A DNA stretch of 64,000 bases from NCBI GenBank assembly GCA_017438635.1, contig JAFRUZ010000011.1:5766-69765 (forward strand), written 5' to 3'. Position 1 is the first letter of the stretch. Each line of letters starts with the position of its first letter. The notes under the pieces were generated by a model, which saw only the letters and a list, made by a program, of their open reading frames with translations, ran no database searches and was not told the origin of the DNA. Positions 1 through 8,305 of this stretch are shown one piece after another. The translations under genes were made by a program, and so were the position numbers. This DNA comes from Bacilli bacterium. GTDB lineage: Bacteria > Bacillota_I > Bacilli_A > RF39 > UBA660.

Positions 1-479
1 CTAACTGCTCTAAGTATTCTAAGAGCATCTTCTTCCATTTTTAAATCAGCCTCACCGATACTACGAATAATTTTCTTTTTTAAATCTTTTCTACCATTAT
101 GTAAATCAATAATTTTATCATTAACATTCATACAAATAGAATTAATAGTAAAATCACGTCTTAAAAGATCTTCTTCAAAAGAATCAATATACTCTACACT
201 TTCAGGTTTTCTATTATCTTGATACTTTATATCTTTTCTAAAAGTAGTTATATCAAATTTATAATTATCTGTTTCAAAAGAAACATTACCATATTCATGT
301 AATTTAACATCATATTCTGGAAAAAGTTCAAGTACTTCTTTAGGTCTAGCCTTAGTAGTTATATCAATATCGAAACCTTTCTTACCAAGAAGTTTATCTC
401 TAACATAACCCCCAACAATGTAAGATTCATAATTGTTATCTTCTAATTTTTTTAATACATTATATATAACTTTTTCCAT
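1..479 (-). CDS. cca: CCA-adding tRNA nucleotidyltransferase, N-terminal part (gene runs off the left edge)
   Basis: Own minus-strand translation from the ATG at 479 (GGAGG just upstream): MEKVIYNVLKKLEDNNYESYIVGGYVRDKLLGKKGFDIDITT...RRDFTINSICM...EEDALRILRAV. It has the GGxVRD, DxD and RRDFTIN motifs of the PolyA_pol/CCA family. It is absent from the ORF track because no stop lies in the window. Confidence 0.85.
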   Translation of the reverse strand, partial: MEKVIYNVLKKLEDNNYESYIVGGYVRDKLLGKKGFDIDITTKARPKEVLELFPEYDVKLHEYGNVSFETDNYKFDITTFRKDIKYQDNRKPESVEYIDSFEEDLLRRDFTINSICMNVNDKIIDLHNGRKDLKKKIIRSIGEADLKMEEDALRILRAV

Positions 480-576
480 AACATCCTCCAATAAATATTA
501 TACAGAACAAACTATGAAAAAACAACATTATTAAAAGATAAAAAAAATAACAATGTAAACAAAAGGAAAGCAACAT

Positions 577-622
577 AAAAAGAGAAAGACTATGCTTCCT
601 CTGTTTCTTGTTTGTTTGATGA
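577..622. repeat. 46-nt direct repeat, copy A: orphan copy of the ssb 3' end plus downstream flank
   Basis: aaaaagagaaagacTATGCTTCCTCTGtTTCTTGTTTgTTTGATGA matches 3680-3725 at 40 of 46 positions (hand alignment). On the minus strand it reads SSNKQETEEA-stop, versus SSNKQEAEEA-stop at the real ssb C-terminus. Confidence 0.7.
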
Positions 623-671
623 TCTGCACTACTGTTAAAGCTTACTAATGATTTTTAATAAGTAACGAAAA

Positions 672-1280
672 CTAGTAATCAGTTGTAACTAAATACCAAT
701 TATTTTTTAGTTTTTCTATTTTTATTATTGGATGTCCGGTTTCATTTTCTTTTATTAAATCTTCACCACCTGTGGAATACATCAACTGAGTTGAACCTGA
801 TTGTATTCCTCTAAATACCCAAAAAGCAATAACTTGCCCTTCTTTATCATTTTGGTACTCAACGACTTCACCACTTATTGAATATTTTTTGTATTTATTA
901 GGCAAAACAACATTTCCATTTTCATCTTTTGATTTTAGTTTACCAGACTTAATCATATCTACTATCTCAAGTCTAGGTTTTTCAAATTTATTTAGTTCAT
1001 ATTGAAATTTCACATCTCTAAAAGGAAAAACGATAATAAATATAACAGATGCTATTAAAACAATTAAACTAATAATACTGATATAAGATTTGTCTTTAAC
1101 AATTCCTATAATACTAAATGTGAATAAAGCAATTTCACCAATCATTAATATAAAATAAGGTACAAGTGAAAATATGAACAAAGCATCAAGCAATTCAACT
1201 TTATACCAACTGATTATAAAAGCACCAATTGCCCAACATACTGACAAAACTAATACTAAATATTTTTCTGTTTTTGACAC
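672..1280 (-). CDS. Hypothetical membrane protein (3 N-terminal TM helices plus a soluble domain of about 115 aa)
   Basis: 202-aa ORF. Hydrophobic segments are LVLVLSVCWAIGAFIISW, FIFSLVPYFILMIGEIALFTF and ISIISLIVLIASVIFIIVF. No motif was recognised. Confidence 0.55.
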   Translation of the reverse strand: MSKTEKYLVLVLSVCWAIGAFIISWYKVELLDALFIFSLVPYFILMIGEIALFTFSIIGIVKDKSYISIISLIVLIASVIFIIVFPFRDVKFQYELNKFEKPRLEIVDMIKSGKLKSKDENGNVVLPNKYKKYSISGEVVEYQNDKEGQVIAFWVFRGIQSGSTQLMYSTGGEDLIKENETGHPIIKIEKLKNNWYLVTTDY

Positions 1281-1328
1281 ATATATTCCTCCTTCATTAT
1301 TATAAATTAAACAAACAATTAAAAACTA

Positions 1329-1667
1329 TTATTTTAGCATTAAACAAAATAAAATAACTACTATTATTGAAATTACTAAAAAAATCACAAAAATTCTATC
1401 CTTTTGCATCTGCTTTTTTAACAATATATCTTTATTAATAATATAATAGATAATATCATTATACATACTTTCAATTGACTTTGGATGTCTGTGATCATCT
1501 AAAAATCCAAAAGCGCTGTATCGTTTACTTATGCCAACCATATCTTCATTAGCATATATATAAAACAATTCTTTTTCTAATGTAATATTATCATTTTTAT
1601 CTAATTCAATCTTCCAATCAGGATAATCTTTTAATAGTCTTTTGTAAATATCATTTATACTTTTCAT
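1329..1667 (-). CDS. Hypothetical tail-anchored protein
   Basis: 112-aa ORF with a single C-terminal TM helix (IFVIFLVISIIVVILFCLML). GAGGGTG SD upstream of the ATG. Confidence 0.5.
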   Translation of the reverse strand: MKSINDIYKRLLKDYPDWKIELDKNDNITLEKELFYIYANEDMVGISKRYSAFGFLDDHRHPKSIESMYNDIIYYIINKDILLKKQMQKDRIFVIFLVISIIVVILFCLMLK

Positions 1668-1700
1668 TTATACACCCTCAACATTATTAATATATAGCAA

Positions 1701-2228
1701 TCAATTTATTAATTGATTTATCTTATTCTCATAATTAGTATCTAAATGTATGCTAGAAATATTGTTTATGTTAACACATGTTTTACCTTCACATGTACCA
1801 TCTTCGTTATACATATTTAGCACTAAAATATTTTCATCATATTCTTCTGCTATACCAGTTATACCAGTATTGGGAGCAATTTCAATGCAAACAGAAATTA
1901 CTTTATGATTATCTTTAGAATGTTTCAAGAAGCTTAATATAAAATCATTATTTATAACTATATCACATTCTAATTTTTTTTCATTGGCATCGTCATTTTT
2001 AAAAAAGCTTTCATAATCTGTATCATAATCAACTCTAAAGATATCTTTTAACCTAAATAGTTTCAAACCATCATACATACACTTTTTTGACAAATTGTAT
2101 AGAATTAAATAATCACAATTAACTTCATACACAAATCCAGTATCAACTGCATTAATATCTTCGAGGTCTACATAAATAGATATTATTTCATTATTTGTTT
2201 TAAATCTATCGAATAATTCTTTTTTCAT
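1701..2228 (-). CDS. Hypothetical acidic cytoplasmic protein
   Basis: 175-aa ORF. Its ATG overlaps the stop of the upstream ORF by 1 nt (TAATG), which suggests translational coupling. No motif was recognised. Confidence 0.5.
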   Translation of the reverse strand: MKKELFDRFKTNNEIISIYVDLEDINAVDTGFVYEVNCDYLILYNLSKKCMYDGLKLFRLKDIFRVDYDTDYESFFKNDDANEKKLECDIVINNDFILSFLKHSKDNHKVISVCIEIAPNTGITGIAEEYDENILVLNMYNEDGTCEGKTCVNINNISSIHLDTNYENKINQLIN

Positions 2229-2839
2229 TATTTATCTACTCTCCTTTCAGCAAAATACAAACCTGCTTCTTTTCTTAGAATATCAACTGCAGCATAAACG
2301 TCTTTTCCATCTTCCTCGATGCTATTCCTTTCTCCAGGATTTGATTTATTAAAATACTCCCATGCTGTAATTAAATCATCGACAGGTTTAATACCATTAC
2401 TATTCATTAACTCCTCATATTTTGATATATCCTCTTTTTTGCATAAAATATTTACAACATTATATTTATCTGTCATAATTTCAGACTCAGTAATATGATT
2501 GCCAACACCGATTTGAGCCATTCCATCATTTACGAATAAATTACCAAATACTTTGAGAATATCTTTAACAAATTCTTTTGACATATCATCTAAATAGTAG
2601 ACATCTTTATGAAATTGTTTAATTGTATTACCATCATCTTCTACTTTCTCATATTTTAGACTTGTTGGTACTTCTATTATTAAAAATAATGGGTGACTTT
2701 GCAAATCAACAAAATCATAAATTAATTTTAGTATTTTGTCAGCATTAACATTAGCAATAATACTACTTCCATCAACTATATATTCCTCGTTTAATTTATC
2801 AGCATCGTTAATTACTGCACCTTTTATCATTTTTAGCAT
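2228..2839 (-). CDS. Hypothetical protein
   Basis: ORF 2228-2848. The start is placed at the second Met (MLKMIKG) because GAGGTG lies 6 nt upstream of it. No motif was recognised. Confidence 0.5.
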   Translation of the reverse strand: MLKMIKGAVINDADKLNEEYIVDGSSIIANVNADKILKLIYDFVDLQSHPLFLIIEVPTSLKYEKVEDDGNTIKQFHKDVYYLDDMSKEFVKDILKVFGNLFVNDGMAQIGVGNHITESEIMTDKYNVVNILCKKEDISKYEELMNSNGIKPVDDLITAWEYFNKSNPGERNSIEEDGKDVYAAVDILRKEAGLYFAERRVDK

Positions 2840-2868
2840 TCTAAACACCTCTATTTGTTTTTATTATA

Positions 2869-3663
2869 TCATAAATCCATTTTTGCAGAAATCTCTTTTT
2901 CATACAACTCTTTAGTTATTCTAGAAATGTTACCACCTCGTTTTGCCACTTTTATATTTTCTTTTAATCCTTTAGGATGTTCTTTTAAAGCAATATCTCT
3001 TGTCGATACTTCCCCAAGATCAGTAAGTATTACTTCAATATCTGTCATATTATCTCTAAGCGATTCTTTTGTAATACCTTTTAATTTTTTATATTCTTTG
3101 GCTTTCATACCTGACCAACTCTTATAGATTTCATCTGTTAATAATGCAAATTCATAATCTTTTTCTATTCCTCCATCTTTCCACACATCAGTAAGTTTTT
3201 TTCTATTTAGAATTCCTTTTAATCTAAGTTCTATCCAGTTATCGTCATATCCTTTATTCCTATAATAGCTAATTGCTCTATCGATAGCAAGCGATGGATC
3301 ATATACTTCATTTATTCGATCATTACCAAGATTTGCAAGCCAAAGCTTAAACGGTTCAGCCTTCGGGCTTGGGATAGATTCAATAAGCCTTAGTATCCCT
3401 TTTGTATCAAGCGTATCAGTACTTCTCATTTTGCCATCTTTAGCTTTAAATTTCAATATCCGACAAATTGTCGGAAGTTCACTTCCTTCTTCTTTTCTTA
3501 ATCTCTTCTTAAGCGTAGTCCAGTAATCACTAGGGTCTTTACTATTGGTCAATACTCTTATAACATCTACAACACTAAAATAATACTCCTCTTTTTCTTC
3601 ATCCCAAATACTTCTTATTTCGTATCCTTCGAACACTTTATTGAATGTTTCTAATTTATTCAT
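2869..3663 (-). CDS. dinD: Bro-N domain / DNA-damage-inducible protein D-like protein
   Basis: N-terminus FEGYEIRSIWDEEKEEYYFSVVDVIRVL fits the Bro-N pattern (FE..IR.....wF.a.Dv..vL). The C-terminal part KGITKESLRDNMTDIEVILTDLGEVSTRDI resembles the DinD C-terminal region as recalled from E. coli DinD. AGGAGGAAG SD. Confidence 0.65.
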   Translation of the reverse strand: MNKLETFNKVFEGYEIRSIWDEEKEEYYFSVVDVIRVLTNSKDPSDYWTTLKKRLRKEEGSELPTICRILKFKAKDGKMRSTDTLDTKGILRLIESIPSPKAEPFKLWLANLGNDRINEVYDPSLAIDRAISYYRNKGYDDNWIELRLKGILNRKKLTDVWKDGGIEKDYEFALLTDEIYKSWSGMKAKEYKKLKGITKESLRDNMTDIEVILTDLGEVSTRDIALKEHPKGLKENIKVAKRGGNISRITKELYEKEISAKMDL

Positions 3664-3679
3664 TCTTCCTCCTTACTAG

Positions 3680-3725
3680 AAAAAGCAGAAGATTATGCTT
3701 CCTCTGCTTCTTGTTTATTTGATGA
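3680..3725. repeat. 46-nt direct repeat, copy B (functional ssb 3' end plus the ssb-dinD spacer)
   Basis: See copy A at 577-622. It covers the last 10 codons and the stop of ssb plus 13 nt downstream. Confidence 0.7.
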
Positions 3726-4031
3726 AAGAAAAGTTACTTTTTCTGCAATTACTTCAGTTATATATTGCTTTTCATCATCAGTTTCATAAACTCTAGATTC
3801 TATTCTGCCTTTTACGCCTACTATATCACCTTTTTTACAGTATTCTTTTGTGTTAGTAGCCATAAGTTGCCAAAGCACGCAATCAATAAAATCTGTTTCA
3901 TACTCACCATTTACATTTTTATAGCTTCTAGGTACTGCCAAAGTAATATAAGAATAACTATTACCATTCTTAGCTTTTTTAACTTCTGGATCTCTTACTA
4001 ATCGACCAACCAAAACCACCTGATTAAGCAT
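3693..4031 (-). CDS. ssb: Single-stranded DNA-binding protein, short form without an acidic C-terminal tip (SsbB-like)
   Basis: MLNQVVLVGRLVRDPEV...YITLAV...TDFIDCVLWQ...GDIVGVKGRIESRVYE is an OB-fold SSB signature. It is only 112 aa and ends ..SSNKQEAEEA, with no DDD(I/L)PF tip. Confidence 0.9.
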   Translation of the reverse strand: MLNQVVLVGRLVRDPEVKKAKNGNSYSYITLAVPRSYKNVNGEYETDFIDCVLWQLMATNTKEYCKKGDIVGVKGRIESRVYETDDEKQYITEVIAEKVTFLSSNKQEAEEA

Positions 4032-4051
4032 AAATCACCTCCTTTTCTGTT

Positions 4052-4080
4052 ACTATAAAATGGATAAAAATTTTTTGCAA
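4052..4080 (-). promoter_or_regulatory. Sigma-A-type promoter for ssb
   Basis: The minus strand reads TTGCAA, a 17-nt spacer, then TATAGT. It lies about 20 nt upstream of the AAGGAGGTG SD of ssb. Confidence 0.45.
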
Positions 4081-4122
4081 ATGAGGTTTTTTCACTATTA
4101 AAAACAAGTTTTAAAACAAATT

Positions 4123-4147
4123 AAAAAATCCTATATAGGATTTTTTT
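4123..4147. terminator. Bidirectional rho-independent terminator
   Basis: Perfect palindrome AAAAAATCCTATATAGGATTTTTT with A/T runs on both sides, downstream of the 131-aa gene. Confidence 0.6.
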
Positions 4148-4200
4148 AATTTGAATAGAAAAACTAATATCAATAGATTAATTTCGAAGTTTTTAATTTT

Positions 4201-4596
4201 TTATCTTATGCCCCTTATTTTTACTAATCTTACAGATTCTACTTTATCATATCCGTCACGATATATTTCAGAGGCCATTCTTTTCAATTCATCAACCTTA
4301 TCTTCGCTTTTTAATAAAGTATTAATAAGCGCAATTTTCACTTCATTATCCTTAATTTTTTGAACGATTGTATAACTAGCATCAGTAATTTCCACAACCT
4401 TAAACACTTCAACTCCAGTTGCTTCTCTAGAATCACACATAGTATAATTAATAGCTCTACAATCAGACATAAACTCATCTACAGCACCATCTGTAATCAA
4501 GTAGTCATAGACTTCATGACAAAGCTCACTATTAGATTGAAATAAATATGAAAGTGCATGTATGCCATTAGCCTTTTTATTATTTAAAATAATCAT
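4201..4596 (-). CDS. Hypothetical protein (131 aa)
   Basis: ORF 4201-4635. The start is moved to MIILNNKK because AGGAGGTG lies 4 nt upstream of that ATG. No motif was recognised. Confidence 0.55.
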   Translation of the reverse strand: MIILNNKKANGIHALSYLFQSNSELCHEVYDYLITDGAVDEFMSDCRAINYTMCDSREATGVEVFKVVEITDASYTIVQKIKDNEVKIALINTLLKSEDKVDELKRMASEIYRDGYDKVESVRLVKIRGIR

Positions 4597-4624
4597 AAAA
4601 CACCTCCTAAAAATAGTGCTCTTT

Positions 4625-4652
4625 ATTATAATCAAAAAACAATAATTGTCAA
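4625..4652 (-). promoter_or_regulatory. Consensus sigma-A promoter for the 131-aa gene
   Basis: The minus strand reads TTGACA, a 16-nt spacer, then TATAAT. Confidence 0.5.
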
Positions 4653-4679
4653 TAAAAAAAGAAAAGCATATTGCTTTCT

Positions 4680-5987
4680 TTATAAATTTTGTTTTAAAAG
4701 CTGATTTAATTCAACAGCATATTCCATAGGAAGTTCTTGTTTGAATTTATCAGTGAATCCTAAAACTATCATTTCAATAGCTTTTTCTTTAGGAATACCT
4801 CTACTCATTAAATAGAATAGTTTTTCTTCACTTATTTTAGATACTGTTGCTTCATGTTCAATATTACTACTTTTATTACCAACTCTGTTAGTAGGATATG
4901 TATCACTGCTAGATTCTTTATCTAAAATTAAAGTATCACATTTTACCATACTTTCTGAATTAGTAGCACTTTTCCTTATATCAACAAGACTTCTAAAGTC
5001 TGATTTACCGCCATTTGAAGCGATACTTTTAGATACGATGTTACTTGTAGTATTTTTACCAATATGAATCATTCTAGCACCACTATCTTGATATTGATTG
5101 GTTCTTGCAACACTAATAGTAATACAAGTCCCTTTTGAATTATCACCTTTAAGAACACAGCATGGATACTTCATAGTTTTATATGAGCCGATATTACCAT
5201 CTATCCATTCCATTGTTCCGTTCTTCTCTACTAAAGCTCTTTTTGTTACTAAATTATATACATTAGTAGCCCAATTTTGAATAGTAGAATATCTACATGT
5301 ACTATTTTTTCCAACATATATTTCAACTACAGCAGCATGTAAATTAGAACTAGAATAATTCTTAGCAGTACATCCTTCAACATAGTGTAGACTGCTATTA
5401 TCATCTACTATAATAAGTGTTCTTTCAAATTGCCCTAAATCTTTAGAACTAATTCTAAAGTAACTTTGAAGAGGACGATCTAATTTTGTATTCTTAGGAA
5501 CATATATAAAACTCCCTCCAGAAAATACTGCTCCATTTAAAGCCGTAAATTTATTCTCTTCTGGCTTTACAATTTTTGAAAAATACTTATCTATTAAATC
5601 TCTATGATTTTTAAAAGCATTTTCAATAGATGTAAATATAACATTTTTATCCTCAAGTTCTTTTAACATGTTATGATATATTACTTCACTTTGGTATTGA
5701 ACACCAATACCATCTAAATACTCTTCAGATTGTGGTACTCCAAGAGAATCTAGTTCTTTTTTTGTTTTTAGATTTATCTTACCCCAATCATCAGTTAAAT
5801 TATCATCACTTGATTTATAATAAACAATACTGTCAAAATCAATACTTAAACTTGGCCCAAAACTAGGCAAATCAAGTTCTTTAAACTTTTTATAACATTT
5901 TAAACGATATTCTAATGTCTTTTTATCTTCACCTTTTTGCTTGGATATTTGCTCTACTTTTTCTTCATTTAATCCTTTAACTATCAT
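4680..5987 (-). CDS. sufB: Fe-S cluster assembly scaffold protein SufB
   Basis: The translation shows typical SufB blocks (FIYVPKNTKLDRPLQSYFRI, LHYVEGCTA, NWATNVYNLVTKRA, EHEATVSKISEEKLFYLMSRGI). It is the last gene of a sufCDSUB cluster. Confidence 0.95.
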   Translation of the reverse strand: MIVKGLNEEKVEQISKQKGEDKKTLEYRLKCYKKFKELDLPSFGPSLSIDFDSIVYYKSSDDNLTDDWGKINLKTKKELDSLGVPQSEEYLDGIGVQYQSEVIYHNMLKELEDKNVIFTSIENAFKNHRDLIDKYFSKIVKPEENKFTALNGAVFSGGSFIYVPKNTKLDRPLQSYFRISSKDLGQFERTLIIVDDNSSLHYVEGCTAKNYSSSNLHAAVVEIYVGKNSTCRYSTIQNWATNVYNLVTKRALVEKNGTMEWIDGNIGSYKTMKYPCCVLKGDNSKGTCITISVARTNQYQDSGARMIHIGKNTTSNIVSKSIASNGGKSDFRSLVDIRKSATNSESMVKCDTLILDKESSSDTYPTNRVGNKSSNIEHEATVSKISEEKLFYLMSRGIPKEKAIEMIVLGFTDKFKQELPMEYAVELNQLLKQNL

Positions 5988-6408
5988 GTTCTAATTCCTT
6001 TAACAATTTTTCTACAGCTTTAGCAGGTAATAACGCACAATTTTTTCTATTTGGTTGAAGATATATTTCATCATAGACATTTAATTCTTTTAAAAGATCT
6101 TTATCATATTCTTGTTCATTTATCATATTTATATAATTATTAAGTAATTCCTTTACTTCATCTACTTTTTTATTTATTAAACTCTTTAACATTATTGAAG
6201 TAGCACTTGTAGATATAGCGCAAGCTTCTCCATTAAAACCTGCATCGGCAAATACACCATTTTCTACCTTAAAATAAATATCTAAATCATCTATACAAGA
6301 TTCATTATTTGTATTTATTTTTATATAAGAGCTATCTTCAATAGTTTTTTTATTGTATGGATTTTGATAATTATCTATAATTATTTCTCTTTTTAATTCT
6401 TTATCCAT
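5977..6408 (-). CDS. sufU: SufU/IscU-like sulfur-transfer protein
   Basis: 143 aa with NPYNKK..., ESCIDDL, GEACAISTSATSIM and NCALLP motifs (the conserved Cys triad of SufU). It lies between sufS and sufB. Confidence 0.85.
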   Translation of the reverse strand: MDKELKREIIIDNYQNPYNKKTIEDSSYIKINTNNESCIDDLDIYFKVENGVFADAGFNGEACAISTSATSIMLKSLINKKVDEVKELLNNYINMINEQEYDKDLLKELNVYDEIYLQPNRKNCALLPAKAVEKLLKELEHDS

Positions 6409-7605
6409 TTATATCACCACATCAAATATATTTTTAGAGTTTTTTAATACTTGGATTAATTTATCAATCTCTTCTTTTGTATTATATAAATATAATGATA
6501 TACGACATGTATTTTTTATACCTAATTCATCTTTTAACAGTTTAGCACAGTGATTACCTGCTCTAACACAAATATTATAATTATCAAGATATATTGCAGT
6601 ATCTTGAGGGAAAACATCTTTTATATTAAATAAAACGTTACCTGCTTCTGATTCTTTATTTAGTATTTCAATATTTTCTATTTTAGATAGTTCTTCTATT
6701 AAATAAGATCTAAGTTCTTTTTCATGTTCTTCTATTTTATCAAAACCTACCCTATTTAAATAATCAACAGCAGTACCAAGTCCTATAACTCCTTCAATGT
6801 TTTGAGTACCTGCCTCAAATAATGTTGGAATACTTCGATACTCGCGAGATCCATCACCTTCAAAGAAGTTATTCATACCACCACCATAATTAATTGGCTT
6901 TGTTTTCTCTAAAAGTTCTTCTTTTCCATAAAGCACTCCGATACCTGTAGGACCACACATTTTATGTCCAGAAAATGCTAGAAAATCAATATTCATATCT
7001 TGGACATCTATTTTTCTATGTCCTGCACTTTGGGCAGCATCTACTACAAAATAAATATTCTTGTCCTTTAATCTTCCCCCTATTTCTTTTAAATTTCTGA
7101 TATCACCAATAGTATTAGTAATATGAGCAATAGAAACTATTTTAGTTTTTGGAGTAATCTCTTTTAATAAATCACTTGCTTGAAGTTTTAAATTCTTATC
7201 AAGTGGTGCATATTTTATCTTTATTCCAATTTCATCAGCAAGTTCAAGCCAAGGTAATACGTTAGAAGCATGTTCAGTTTTAGTAATTATTACTTCGTCT
7301 CCAGGTTTTAAATTATGTTTTGCAAAACCAAATACTGTTCTATTCAATGAATCAGTAGTACCACTAGTAAATACTATTTCTTTACTAGATTTTGCATTTA
7401 TAAAATCTTTTACTTTATCTCTAACACCTTCATATAAACTATCAACCTTTAAACTAATTTTATAATCCCCTCTATGAGCATTTGCAGTATAACTTGTATA
7501 ATAATCATTTATAGCATTCAAAACACTCTTAGGTTTAAATGTAGTTGCACTATTATCAAAATAAATTATGTCTTGTTTTAACATATCAAAGTCTTCTCTA
7601 TTCAT
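6409..7605 (-). CDS. sufS: Cysteine desulfurase SufS (class V aminotransferase)
   Basis: FDNSATT, ANAHRG, FSGHKMCGPTGIGVLYG (PLP lysine) and RAGNHCA (active-site Cys). The start is set at MNREDF because GGAGGTG lies 6 nt upstream. Confidence 0.95.
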   Translation of the reverse strand: MNREDFDMLKQDIIYFDNSATTFKPKSVLNAINDYYTSYTANAHRGDYKISLKVDSLYEGVRDKVKDFINAKSSKEIVFTSGTTDSLNRTVFGFAKHNLKPGDEVIITKTEHASNVLPWLELADEIGIKIKYAPLDKNLKLQASDLLKEITPKTKIVSIAHITNTIGDIRNLKEIGGRLKDKNIYFVVDAAQSAGHRKIDVQDMNIDFLAFSGHKMCGPTGIGVLYGKEELLEKTKPINYGGGMNNFFEGDGSREYRSIPTLFEAGTQNIEGVIGLGTAVDYLNRVGFDKIEEHEKELRSYLIEELSKIENIEILNKESEAGNVLFNIKDVFPQDTAIYLDNYNICVRAGNHCAKLLKDELGIKNTCRISLYLYNTKEEIDKLIQVLKNSKNIFDVVI

Positions 7606-7609
7606 AGAA

Positions 7610-8305
7610 TCACCTCCAATACTCATTTATTTGTTTTAAAATAATCTCTCTTTCTTCAAAAGAAATATCCATACCTCCAATTAAGAATGATCTAACTAAT
7701 AAAACAGTAGCATCATCTCTAGATATTCCTCTTGTCATAAGATAAAAAATATTATCTTCTTTAAATCTACCTATATAAGCAGAATGATTAGCTTCAATAT
7801 CATCGTTATCAATTAATAAATTAGGTTTAATAGTAGAATTATTATCTTTTAAAGTAATAATCTTACTATCTTGATTAGTATTAATTCTAGTATAATTTTT
7901 TGGTACTACTGTATTGATAACATATGATAATTTACTATCTGTAGTATTAATACCATGATTAGTTATCTTACTAGTTATATTATTACCTAAATGATTAATG
8001 TTGATATTATAATCATTATCTTTAATATTAATATTACTATAATAATAATTAAATAATATATCATCCTTCAGTAGATCTATATCAAAACTAACAGAACTAT
8101 CTATGGCAAATACATAAACCCTTGTATTATGAACAGTACTATACTTAATTCTTATATCAGAAAACAGAACATTAATAAATACTTGGATATCATTTTTTGC
8201 AACAATACTTAAATAACCTTTGTACTTTTCTATAATAAGTGTTGTATCCTCTTCAAGATAAAGGGTCTTACTTGTATTGATGTCTCCTATAAGTAGTTTA
8301 TTCAT
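7610..8305 (-). CDS. sufD: Fe-S assembly protein SufD (short form)
   Basis: C-terminus IEANHSAYIGRFKEDNIFYLMTRGISRDDA is the SufB/SufD family signature. The start at MNKLLIG overlaps the sufC stop by 8 nt. Confidence 0.8.
   Translation of the reverse strand: MNKLLIGDINTSKTLYLEEDTTLIIEKYKGYLSIVAKNDIQVFINVLFSDIRIKYSTVHNTRVYVFAIDSSVSFDIDLLKDDILFNYYYSNINIKDNDYNININHLGNNITSKITNHGINTTDSKLSYVINTVVPKNYTRINTNQDSKIITLKDNNSTIKPNLLIDNDDIEANHSAYIGRFKEDNIFYLMTRGISRDDATVLLVRSFLIGGMDISFEEREIILKQINEYWR

Larger units (their letters stand above)
623..3679. mobile_element. Putative inserted accessory islet (5 genes) bounded by the ssb-3' direct repeats; no recombinase inside
   Basis: Bounded by direct repeats at 577-622 and 3680-3725. 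The content is four orphan ORFs plus a Bro-N/DinD-like gene, lying between the core genes cca and ssb. Mobility is inferred only from the target-site-like duplication. Confidence 0.3.

Noticed and set aside
2855-4545. Short plus-strand ORFs 2855-3127, 3765-4001, 4151-4363 and 4360-4545
   Set aside because: All lie antisense within better-supported minus-strand genes (dinD-like, ssb, the 131-aa gene) or across a terminator. They have no SD and a Phe/Ile/Ser-rich shadow composition.
672-4635. Prophage interpretation of the Bro-N + SSB + small-ORF region
   Set aside because: No integrase, repressor, terminase, portal, capsid, tail or lysis genes are present. Only two phage-associated domains are present, and both also occur in chromosomal and defence contexts. 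The region is reported instead as a small repeat-bounded islet.
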